From assembly GCA_973895155.1 (NCBI GenBank), contig OZ316892.1:21763619-21827618 (forward strand): a stretch of 64,000 bases of DNA, read 5' to 3'. Source of the stretch: Marsupella aquatica (taxonomy: Eukaryota; Plantae; Marchantiophyta). The translations under genes and the position numbers were made by a program. The first letter of the stretch is position 1. Each line of letters begins with the position of its first letter. Below are positions 25,170 to 36,451 of the stretch, in pieces. The notes beneath the pieces were generated by a model that worked only from the letters and a program-made list of their open reading frames with translations, was not told the DNA's origin and ran no database searches.

Positions 25170-28100
25170 GGGCTTTAGGCTGCTGCCACGTTAGGGTTTT
25201 TTTCGGTGGATGATATCTCATTATTTTATATCATATTTTTATACGATTTACATACAGTTGATATAACTTTTTTGAAAAATGAAAACTCCGGCCGTGGAGA
25301 GTGAAACTTTATTGAGAAACAATTGAAAAAATTACATCAATAAGGGTCATCTGACCAATTCCCGTGAACAGTGTGGTTGACAAAACCATGTGCAGGTAAT
25401 ACTAGTATCTACTCTCTAATATCTATGTCTAACGGACGTCCTAACTACTGAGCAAAAGTGCCATGCATGCAGCTTACTACAATCAATCTACAAGTAATTA
25501 CAAGTAACTACGACATTAGTTCCCGAGCTTTCCAATAGAAATCAAAATAGTGTAGTTGGTGATCGATTGAACTTTTGTAAAAAGTGCCTGGACAGGATTC
25601 ACAACAACAGAGCTGGGCCGCAAATTCTCAAAATGATCATCCCAATTGTAGTCATCAACCCAGCCGTCATCCTTCCAGTCAACCTTGCCATCTGCACTCA
25701 CTTCACAAGATAATTCGCTCTCAATCATGGGAGTCAACTCAATCACCATAGGAACCATTTCATTAAGAGCAGTCGTCACCTCAGTTGTGGTAGGGCTCTC
25801 GATCATTGCAGGAGTCTCTTGCACTCCTGGACCCGCCATTGCAGGGCTGTACCCAACAGTGGGAGCCATATCTGCATCAGCCGAAAAATTACACAAATTA
25901 GTAAGGATGCAGATATTCAAAAGGCTGCAGATCTACATCCTAATCGACATGACAGAAGTAGCACAAGAGTACCTTCATCTCCCTTCTTCCATTTGTTAGG
26001 CGAGCCATCGTCGTCATCTCCATTCACCACCTTCTGCTTGAAGTGTTTTGTCTCCTTATGAAAGTTTGCTTCAAAGCTGGATGAACCACTGGCGCATTTC
26101 TGGGCCGCTATGACCTTCGACTCTGTGCTGCGATCATATCGAGAGTAGGCACCTTGGCTCTTATGGCCTGTAATTATCATCCCAACTTCTGCAGGAACGC
26201 CTTATGTTGCCATACGAGTAACGCATGTGGTCCTGCCAGATTTGTTAGTGACACCGTCTGTAACCAAACCACATTCCCTATGTATTTCCTTCAGAATGCC
26301 ACTCAACTTCTTCACAGACACACGCTGGGTTGAGTACCATGCATGAGTGCGGGGACTATCAATGCACTGATAAAAAAGAAATATGCCAGCAACAGGCAAG
26401 TGAGAAATCAAACTCTGAATAGTTTCAACCATGGAAGTGTCGTAGCTGGTTACAGCAGGACGAAAATGCTCATCCTGATATCGACCAAGACCAACTTGTA
26501 GTTCTTGGATAGACGCTCATCGTATTTTACAAATGGTCCATTCTCATTGCAGCCAATTTTGAAGTCTGTCTTTGCCAATCGATGTAACTCGTCGCCTCCA
26601 CGAATGGCAAATCGAAACAGAAGGAAATACACAGCACGGCGTTGCAGGCCACGAGGATGAACAGTGGCTGTGCAAGGGTGAGACAAAATGGTGGACTCAT
26701 CAGCCAACGAGATGACAGATGCCTTTTTGCGAGGCAAATTAGCACCATTAGATCTTGATTGTTCCATGGCTAACACGCAAGCAATGCCAACTTGCTTAAA
26801 CAAAGGACTCTCGCGCATATGAAATATGGGCTGGTCCTTCCCTGTTTGGACAATTCTCACTTCCTGTCGGCGCCTCAGTACTCGATGGAACGCGCGGTAT
26901 AATCCCATTAATGTCTGGGTTGGATACAAGCTATCGTCCTTCTTACAAATCTGCTCAAAAAACTTGATTAGAATTGAGGCACATTCAGCCAAAGAGAGGT
27001 CCTCGAATGCAACTGTCATATCCCATCCTCTGAACTCTCGAAATCGAGTCAAGCGGTTGAGTGCCCATTTATCCACAGCAGCGCTCGGATTAGAACCACC
27101 CTCGGAAAGGGTCTTCTGAAACTGCGGGTCTTCAGCAAGAAATTCTACAGGTGCTCGACCCTACACTTCGATCACGATAGGGTCCTTCTTAGGACGCTCA
27201 TCAACATGTAAGCTGTCTAGGCTTGCATTCAACTCCTGCAGCTCAGCCTGGCAGCTGTCATTAAACATGGATTGAGTCGAGCAAGTACTCATCGTGTCAT
27301 CGGAGATGGTAGCGCCTTTCATTGACTCGATTCCTAAGCTAAACGTTGGCTTGTCTATGATCATCAACAATGCACAATGTGGCGCAGTCCTCCAACACTC
27401 GCCAACCTGCAGTCGCACGCAAAAATGCTAGTCTAAAATAATCGGTGGCAGAAGTGACGGGAGCACTAAATTAATCATGGCAGCAAAAAGGCCAATCACA
27501 TCATGCATAAAATGATCAATCGCAACAGCAAACATGAACAGAAATGATCGATGGCAGCAGCGAAGCTGAATAGAACTAGCAACAAAATGTGACCCGGCCC
27601 TCCAACACTTCTCGCTTGCAGACCTCCTGTTATGAGCAAAGAATTGACGATAGCAGCCGGGATCAAGATTCGCTTCAAGAATCAATGACAAAATAAAATG
27701 ATTAGAAAGAACAACATCAGCCCGTCCCTCCAATGCCTCCAGCTCGCCAACCTGCAATTGTGCATTCATCAGTCCATTGCAGCGCGTGGCAATTACAGCA
27801 GGAACTCAATGGCAATAGAAATTCAAGAATCGATGGCAGCAGCGTCATGCAAATGAAATCAACAGAATAAAAACAATGGCGCTTAAAGAATCGATGGCAG
27901 CAGCATCGTGCAGATGAAATCACGGCAACAGCAATGGAAAGCTTGAATGTAGACTAGTGACCGGGCCCTCCAATGCCTCCGGCTCGCCAACCTCCAGTTC
28001 CGCATCAACATTCCATCGCAGACACAACTGTAGACCTGGCCACATGAGAAGTTGGAAGGACACTCCAGCGCAATCGATGACACAGCCAAAATGGGCGAAT

Positions 28101-28300
28101 AATGACTAATAGTTGAACAGTGAACCACCATATACGTGGCAGCCTATGGTAGTCTATTGCCCTAATCCGTTGGATCTGGCCGCCTAGTGCCTTTTCATCC
28201 AAGCCGTCCGTCAGTTTTCACGACCCTGACACTGCACGACACTTGGATAGCCGTCCGTTTCATCTGAAACGAATCCAGACTGTTCGTAATGATCCTTAAC
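25170..28300 (-). mobile_element. Putative Crypton-like element (boundaries approximate)
   Basis: Contains the YR pseudogene and an upstream degenerate repeat region (27380-28100). Short inverted motif GCTGCCACGT (~25182) / ACGTGGCAGC (~28134). No RT, long TIR or TSD seen. Confidence 0.5.
25516..27321 (-). pseudogene. Crypton/DUF3504-type tyrosine recombinase, disrupted
   Basis: Joined frames read FFEQICKKDDSLYPTQTL, FAIRGGDELHRL, KYDERLSKNY, AWYSTQRVS, VTNKSGRTTCVTRM and ITGHKSQGAYSRYDR, which is the catalytic R..K..(H/K)xxR..H..Y layout. Lesions: TAG at 27161-27163, a frameshift near 26495, TAA at 26202-26204. Putative GT-AG intron at about 25972-25872. Confidence 0.82.
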
Positions 28301-28303
28301 GTT

Positions 28304-28423
28304 GATTAGGGGCTCGACCCTCCCCATAATGGGCATATGGGTCTACGCGTATGCGTTGGCCCACGGGGCCTCCACATACGCTCGACCCTATACCCCATTA
28401 TGGGACGGGAAGAGCCCTTAATC
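28304..28423. repeat. 120-bp imperfect hairpin, possibly a Tourist-like MITE
   Basis: GATTAGGGGCTC..CCCATAATGGG..GGGTC..GCGTATG pairs with CATACGC..GACCC..CCCATTATGGG..GAGCCCTTAATC. TTA occurs at both ends. Confidence 0.7.
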
Positions 28424-29745
28424 CTATACATTTGGCCAACGCTATCGACAAATATTCAACAAGTGGCTTCACCAGCGTTGCAGATTTGATTTCAGCATTG
28501 TTGCATGCCCAGGAATCAGTTCGAGCCTGCACTTTTTAAGTGCCACAAATTGGCCTTTGAGCAGTGATGCATGGCCAGAAATGGATTAGAGCCAGCATAT
28601 TTTTTAGTGCCAGAAATTTACCAAATTACACCTCACCCAAAAGTCTTTGCCATTTTGGCCAAAATAAATTGTCATGCATTTTATTTTGTATCAGCCAGTT
28701 TCCTAACTAACCACAGATCCAAACTGGTTGTTATCCTTAAATGTAAAGATATGTAATTGTCAAATGCTAATCTAGGAAAATTAGATAGCTACAGGACATT
28801 TTTAACACCTGCTCGGTGTAACTGGGCACATTAGCAAGTAAGGAAACAACCTTTCAAATTCGAGCTGATTCCGATAAGTTTACTTTCCTACCTCAGCCCA
28901 AATGAATTAAGAGATGTCATAAGTGGGCCAACCAATGCCCCATATTTTTTTTAGGAGTGTTGCATCCTCCAGAATGAGTTTGAACCAGGTTTTCCTTAGT
29001 GGCAAAAATTAGCAAAATTCCAAGTGGTTGAAAAATCTACCTCACATATGGCAAACGTTAGCCAATTTTTGTCTTCCATTAGCCAGTTTGCCACCCTACC
29101 AAATCTGTTGGTTATCTTTAATCTAGGGAGATCTAAAGGTCAGATATTATTCTAGAAAAACTAGACAGAGACTGTTCTTAACATCTTCTCCAAACCAATG
29201 CTTGAAATGGACCCCTCCTATGGGCCAAGTTTCTTGGTTACTACTGACGAGAAATGTATGGATTCTGAAAAAGCACTAGTGTATCTGATTACAAACAATG
29301 TCTTTCTGCATCCTGGCATTTTGACAATATATGTTAGTGTGCAGCACCTTTTGTATGGGGTAACCCATGGTCCCAATGGGGTTAATGGGGTGTCCTCAAG
29401 GGCAGTGAGATTAAGCCCCAAGTGTAGTTTTACTCTATTTATGACCTGAAAAGTGCACCTGAAATCAGATAATCCACCAGGCAGGCTAGCCAATATCTCA
29501 TTAAGCCCAAGCCAGACTGGGCTAGCCAAGGGGGCCTAAATCTCATAACCATGGACAATCTATAGACAGCCCATAGACAATCTTAGTCTATCCAGGCTTT
29601 ATTTTACACATAATACATTATACTCTACTTTATTGCCTTTTAAAATTAAGCTATTGTTTTTTAAAATGTGCAATTAGTAGTCACATAGCACATTACACTT
29701 CATTCTATTGCTTTTTAAAGTGCAATTAGGATGGGGCCATGTTCT

Positions 29746-30106
29746 CCCTACCTCGGCCCAAATCTATCAACCGGTACTCTGCAAGTGGATTAATGAGTGC
29801 CTCAGATTCGATCTGAGCAGTGCTCTATAGTCAGGAAACATCGGAAACTTAGCACGTGGACCAACCAGCGCCACAGATTGGATATCCGCAGTGTTGCATT
29901 GGACAGAAATGAGTTCGAACTGTCCCCAATATATTTTGTGCCCTACCTCGGCCCTAAATCTATCAGCAGAAATAGTGGGTTAACGAGCGCCTCAGATTGG
30001 ATCTGAGTACTGCCAAGCTGTCGGGAAGAGTTGGATACTCAGCACGTGGACCAACCACCGACGCAGACTTGATTTGGGCAGTGTTGCAATGCGAGGAATG
30101 AGTTCG
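29746..30106. repeat. Two diverged tandem units of about 195 bp
   Basis: CCCTACCTCGGCCC-AAATCTATCA...GCCTCAGATT-GATCTGAG...AGCACGTGGACCAACCA...AATGAGTTCG occurs twice. Related motifs lie near 25030 and 28460. Confidence 0.7.
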
Positions 30107-30634
30107 CCAAAACATTTCCGTTCCTTATAAAATAAGCAATAGCATCATTTCGTTATTTATTATTACTACTCTTGTAAATAACTGGGCGACAGCATAAAAG
30201 TCTCGAAAGCCGGCGTGTTTTGCTGCCCGCTCTGGGATACTTGCAGGTGCTGCCCGTGCTGAGTCATCGTCTTATCGTATGCAAGCTGTCGTTTTCACCC
30301 TGCCCCGGGCACTAATACCCACGTAATTTACGACGATCTGAGATGGCAATGAGTGTTTTTATATTTTCCTGACGTGGCTGCTCGGGGACCGAACGTGCAC
30401 CCTAACGTGCGATCTAAAGCATCGTTCGAGTAACTTTTTTTGCGGGGTAATAGTTTAATTTTTCGTCTAATGATGAAACTAGCCCAAATACCGTGTGCGC
30501 ACATGCTTATACCCGTCTGTGTGAATAAATGGTTATATTTAATGGACCTCTAAATGTAACATTTTTTCTTCACAGGTCAAAAGAGGCATAAGAGGCATAT
30601 TTTGTCCCAATGGGCCTCTGGGCCCACCAAAGTT

Positions 30635-30832
30635 TTTATAACTCAGTTTTCAGTCTTTATAAGGTGAGAAAGGCACTGGATTTTATAACCTGTTTGATGG
30701 TTTATAACTCAGTTTTCAGTCTTTATAAGGTGAGAAAGGCACTGGATTTTATAACCTGTTTGATGGTTTATAACTCAGTTTTCAGTCTTTATAAGGTGAG
30801 AAAGGCACTGGATTTTATAACCTGTTTGATGG
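30635..30832. repeat. Three identical 66-bp tandem units spanning the copia insertion junction
   Basis: Units start at 30635, 30701 and 30767, and each ends TAACC-TGTTTGATGG. Confidence 0.95.
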
Positions 30833-30929
30833 TGATAACAATAGTCTCAGTATAGTCTCGGTAATGGTACATATGGTGGTGCCAGGATGACCGGCTGATT
30901 CGGTCATCCGGTCAAGGTAGAGTCTAACA
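30823..30929 (-). repeat. 3' LTR (107 bp)
   Basis: TGTTTGATGG...GAGTCTAACA, with the PPT adjacent at 30930-30936. Confidence 0.95.
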
Positions 30930-31251
30930 CTCCCCTTTGGATATATAGTGACAACTATATAGACAACATAGACTATACCTAAATTATATCATGTTCATAG
31001 GGGTACATGATATAAGTACAATCGAGGTAGACTGCCTCGTTAAAAAACCTTTATCAACTCTAGCTTAGTAAAAACTCTACCAGTGTAGCAGAGAAAAAAA
31101 AATTAAAAAATATGAGTGCTAAAGGAAAAAGAGTGCAGCCTAACAGTCCTCGTCGTAGTAAATGTCAATATAAAGTTAAAGTTATAGTAAAACTAAGTTT
31201 AACATCTGTCTCGACAATGGGTTGTCAGCATCATGTCGTCAGCATATCATC

Positions 31252-34200
31252 AAGTATCATGTGGAGCAGCAGCCTCCATGGTCATCATGCGTCGCACGCT
31301 CCGTAGTCCAATCGCCTGGCAGTGTCGGTGATGGACTCATGGCGGTAGTGATTTGGTGAAGAGATCTACGCAGTTGTCTGCACTTGAAATCTGCAAAATG
31401 TTGATCTCTTTTCCATGTAGCTCGTGGGTGTAGAAAAACTTTGGAGCTATGTGTTTCACGCGATCGCCTTTGATGAAGCCTTTTGTGATCTGCTGTATAC
31501 ATGCTGCGTTATCCTCAAAAATGTTAGTAGGCTTCGTTAGTGGTTGTAGGCCGCATTTGGTGTTGATGTGGTTTATAAATGATCGTAACCAAACGGCTTC
31601 ACGACTAGCCTCATGTAGAGCTAATATTTCTGAGTGATTCGATGAGGTTGCTGTTAGGGTCTGTTTCACGCTTTTCCAAGAGAAAGCGGTACCCCCTATG
31701 GTAAAAACATATCCAGTTTGGGATTTTGCGGTATCAGTGTCGGAGAGATATCCGGCATCCGCGTATCCTATGAGCTCGTGGTTTGCGCCGAATGGGTAAA
31801 ATAACCCAGTGTCGGTGGTTCCACGTAGATATCTAAATACGTGCTTAACTCCGTTCCAATGTCTGGCTGTGGGAGTTGCACTATGTCTGGCTAGTAAATT
31901 AACGACAAATGTAATGTCTGGCCTAGTCTGATTTGCTAGGTACATTAATGCTCCTATTGCAGAAAGATATGGAGTTCCTGATCCTAATATAGGTTCATGT
32001 TCTTCGCGCTTGCGAAAAACATCAGTGGTGTTTTCTAATGAACGTACAACCATTGGTGACGTCAATGGGTGTGCTAGGTTCATGTTGAACTATTTTAGGA
32101 TCTTTTCAATTTGTGTAGTTTGATGGAGTATCATGCCAGTAGGTAAGATCTCCAGTTGTAATCCTAAGCAAAAGTTTGTATGTCCAAGGTCTTTCATCTC
32201 AAATGTTGATTTAAGACGTGTAATAGTATCTTCGGTAATTTGGGGTGTCCCAAATATATGTAAGTCATCAACATAAATGGAAACGATGACATATTCATCA
32301 TTCACATGTTTAATAAATAAACATGGTGTAATGGCATCATGGGAAAAACCCATGGCAATCATTTCATCAGTAAATCTTTGATACCATACTCTGCCACTTT
32401 GTTTCAGGCCATATAATGCCTTCAACACACGGATAGCTAGTCCGCGGCGAGTATTCCGTACGGTTGACACAGCGGTGTCGTTATTATGAGTTACATGTGT
32501 AGATGACACATTCGGTGTAACTTGAGATAATTGTGTTATAATCTTATGTAGATATGGGATATGCGATTTAGCGCCTTGAGCTAAAGCTCGGCGACGTTGC
32601 TCCAACTCGGGAGGTGATCGCATGTATAGACAAGTGTCTAAAGTGCCATATAAATATGCAGTTGCAACATCTAATTGTCGCATTTGTAGTTGGTGGAAAA
32701 TGGCAAATCCGATAAGATATCGGAATATTGTGCTATCCATAACTGGTGAGTAAGTTTCATCATAATGAATTCCCGGTTGTTGGGTAAATCCTTTCCCTAC
32801 CAGACGTGCTTTGTAACGTACAACTTGGCCTTTATTGTTTCTTTTGCGGACGAATGTCCACTTGTAGCCAATAAGATGTACGTCCTGCGGTGTTGGCTCG
32901 ACTGGGCCAAAAGTGTGTCTGCTTAGTAGGGAATCTAATTCTCCATTTATAGCTTTTTGCCATTCAGGCCAATCTGGTCTGTTTTGGCATTCTAAAATGG
33001 ATATTGGTTCTGGTGTCTCATTAATGATATTTGTTGCCACCATTAATGCAAAAGCGTCATCTATGGAAGTAGTATTTCTATCCCACATCTCACCGGTGTG
33101 TGCGAAGTGGATAGAAATCTCTTCGTGAGTTGTGGATTCTGTGTGGTCGATGTCAGGTGAAGGTGGTATAGATGAACCGCGCCTTCTTGGTTATTTATCC
33201 TTGGATCCCAAAGGTCTGCCTCATTTTGCACGAGGTTGGGATGTACTAGCTGGCTCACTTGATAATTCGATGCGAGCAGATGCTCTCGCAGCTGGAATAT
33301 GTGAGCGGCTGACTTGGGATGTATTGACGAAAGCGTCGGGAAGTTCTTCCACAATCTTGTGGAGTTGTAAAATTCTTTGAACTTCTTTCTCCCCTTGATT
33401 CGTTCTAAGGTCTTGCCAAAATGGCGAGTGTCGTTCCCACTCCAAAGGTGGTTGTGGGTTTTTAGGGGTTATTAATGGTAGGTAAATGTGTTCGTCGAAA
33501 TGACAATCTAGAAATCTGGCTTTAAAAACATCGCCAGTTGTGGGCTCCATGTATCGGATTATGGACGGTGAGTCGAATTCGATGTATATCCCCAACTGTC
33601 GTTGGGGTCCCATCTTGGTTCGTTTGGGTGGAGTAATGGGGACCATTACTTGACATCCAAATGAACGAAGATGTGATAGATTAGGTTTAATACCGTTAGC
33701 TATTTGGTATGGGCTATAGGTATTAAATGCCGATGGGCGATATTGGATTAATGCATTCGCCTGTAATATGGCGTGTCCCCATGCTGAGACGGGGAGTTTT
33801 GGCTACATTAGTAATGGGCGTGCAATTAATTGAAGGCGTTTAATGACCGCTTCAGCTAATCCATTCTGGAAATGCACATGAGGTATAGGATATTGTACGT
33901 TTATGCCAAGTGATGTGCAAAAGTCATCAAACGTTTCGGATGTGAATTCCCCTGCATTGTCTACCTTAGTGTCTTAATAGGGTGATCTGGGAATTGTGCT
34001 TTCACGCGCAAGATTTGCGTCAAAATGCGAGGTATTACCATGTTCCTCGTTGAAAGCAAGGTCACATTTCACCATTTGGTTGATGCGTCGATTAAAACCA
34101 TAAAGTAGCGGAAAGGTCCGCTTGGTGGGTTAATTGGCCCGCAAACATCAGCATGGATTATTTCCAAGAATTGGGGTATTTTAGTTGGCAATTTTGATGT

Positions 34201-35730
34201 CGTGGGCCTTGTTATTAACTTGCCGCGTGAGCATGCAGTGCATGGAGTGCTCACTGGGATGTGGCGTGTATTGATTGGAATGCCACTTGAATTCTTAATG
34301 AATTTTGTTAGCATTGATTGGCCGGGGTGGCCAAGGCGTGCATGCCATAGCGCATGCAATTCGCTTGTATTGGCGTTGTTATGCAGACATTCAATTTGTG
34401 TTATGTAAAACCCGCAGGGATACGAGAAAAGTCTCTTTAATTATTTTCCCTTTAAGGGTGTTTTCAACCAGGTGAATGACCTCTTGGTCTCTGGTATCGC
34501 CCGTTTGGACATGTAGCCCATTTGCTCGTATATCTCTAAAGCTAAGGAGATTACGAGTTGCGTTTGGGGCGAAAATGGCAGATTCTATATGTATTTCAGT
34601 ACCCTGTGGGAGTCTAATAGAGGCTGGGCCGAAGCCCTCTTCTATTTGACTAGGACCATTTATAGTGGTCAGGGACCTATGTGATGGTGTAATCGTGTGA
34701 AAAAGGTGTTTATCCCGGAGGATAGTGTGTGTTGTGGCACTGTCAATGATACATGTGCTTAGACTATCTAAGTCTGGGGTAGTGTAGCTACTGGCCACTA
34801 AGTGTGCCTCTGGTTGTGTGGGTAGGTCTGAGAAGTCTTGGAATGGATCACTAGACTCCATAAATGTCCCGTGGGTTTCACGGGGTGGTGGTCTTGAGGT
34901 TTGTCCATCCTGGATGGACCGTTGGTATAAATCTCTGAGGTGTTGTGGGATTCTACAGTTTCGCGCGAAGTGGTTTGTCATGCCACATTCATGGCATTTC
35001 GGTCGTTCCCGTTGTTTTCGGGGTTGTGACCGATCATTCTTACGGTTGTTGTTGTATGGTCTACCACCACCACGTCCTCCGCGTCCACCGCGTCCGCCAT
35101 GTCCGCCTTGTCCTCCTCATCCATCTCTTCCTCCGCGTCCTCGAAAGGTTCATTGGGAGTTGTATTGTGGACGTTGGTTATAGAAACTCCCCCTGTTATG
35201 GGTGTTTCGGCGGTTGCTATTCTTAGTGCGTTTAGTGCTTTGCCTCGATGTAGAGGGTTCAACAGTTTCTATGTTGTGGGTTTCATTCGCTTGTCCTGAG
35301 GGCAAGGTGCCTGCTGGGCGTTTTCTTGAGTTTACCAAAAGAAGTTCCTGGTTTCTTTCGGTGACTAAGAGGTGCGCTATGAGTTCGGAGTATTGTCCAA
35401 ACTTCTTGTTTCTATACTGTGTTGATAGCAACACATTTGATGAATGGAATGTCGACAAGGTCTTCTCCAATAGATCCTTGTCCGTCACGGGCTCGCCACA
35501 AAGTGCGAGGGTTGAGGTTATTCTAAAGAGTTCACTATTGTATGCTGAGATCGAGGTAAAGTCCTGGACTCTGAGGTTGAGCTAGTCTTGCCTGGCTTTG
35601 GGTAATTCGACCAGTTTCTGGTGGTCGAATCGAGTCTGTAGGGCTGTCCATAGTTCCCGAGGGGTCGACAAGTGCATGTATTGTTGCTGGAGGAACCTAT
35701 GGATGTGACGTCTCAGGAATAACTGCAAAT
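31252..35730 (-). pseudogene. Disrupted gag-pol polyprotein of the copia element
   Basis: Gag ELWTALQTRFDHQ..DLLEKTLSTFH, zinc knuckle CHECGMTNHFARNC, protease CIIDSATTHTIL, WHARLGHPG, IHADVCGP, RT YKARLV/LYGLKQSGR/YVDD, RNase H GYADAGY..SNHSE..EDNAAC..DLFTK. It carries several in-frame stops and frameshifts. Confidence 0.93.
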
Positions 35731-36175
35731 TTTCTTTTGTAGATGCTTTTTCCTTTGTTAAACTGTGCAGTTATCCACTTGTGCACTTAGGGTTACAGGT
35801 ATGATTTATGTTTACTCTTGCATTGGTTATGTGCAAATTTGGCTTTGTAAGGCATCCTCTCGCTCATGTTCCTGTCAAGTGCTTGATTCGCCTTCGATCG
35901 TTGCTTGATTATCCATGAGCGAGAATCTCTTGTTGGTACAGACTTTGGTATTCGTGCATGATCGATCGCCATCTGGTTCCACTTGAACAATGGAGCCGGG
36001 TTTGAAACATTGCTCAACTTCTCAAAACCAATTCTGGACGTAGAAATTTAGGGCCCCCTAACTCAAACATTGATTTTGCTGCAGACGTGTGTTCTATCCC
36101 GCAATTGCCAATCATTCACTAGAATTGGAGTCTCTTTCTTCTCAGCTCCGCTGGTTGCTTCTCATGCTGATAACG

Positions 36176-36282
36176 TGTTTGATGGTGATAACAATAGTCT
36201 CAGTATAGTCTCGGTAATGGTACATATGGTGGTGCCAGGATGACCGGCTGATTCGGTCATCCGGTCAAGGTAGAGTCTAACA
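36176..36282 (-). repeat. 5' LTR (107 bp)
   Basis: Identical to 30823-30929, with the PBS adjacent at 36163-36175. Confidence 0.95.
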
Positions 36283-36451
36283 TAACCCAGTTTTCAGTCT
36301 TTATAAGGTGAGAAAGGCACTGGACAATGCAGAATGTTCTATGGTTGTTGAGAGTGTGACCCTGCACCAAGTGTGTTCAACTACAAAGTGCATTCAAGTA
36401 CAACCTTAATGTCAAGTGAATCATTTGTCGTGCAACCAAGACTATACTAAG

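Larger units (their letters stand above)
30823..36282 (-). mobile_element. Full-length Ty1/copia LTR retrotransposon, Bianca-like lineage
   Basis: Identical 107-bp TG..CA LTRs (30823-30929, 36176-36282), 5-bp TSD TAACC, PBS CGTTATCAGCATG, PPT AGGGGAG, and gag-PR-INT-RT-RH domain order. Confidence 0.96.

Noticed and set aside
30610-30855. 81-aa ORF with a three-fold peptide repeat
   Set aside because: It is the product of the 66-bp junction repeat.
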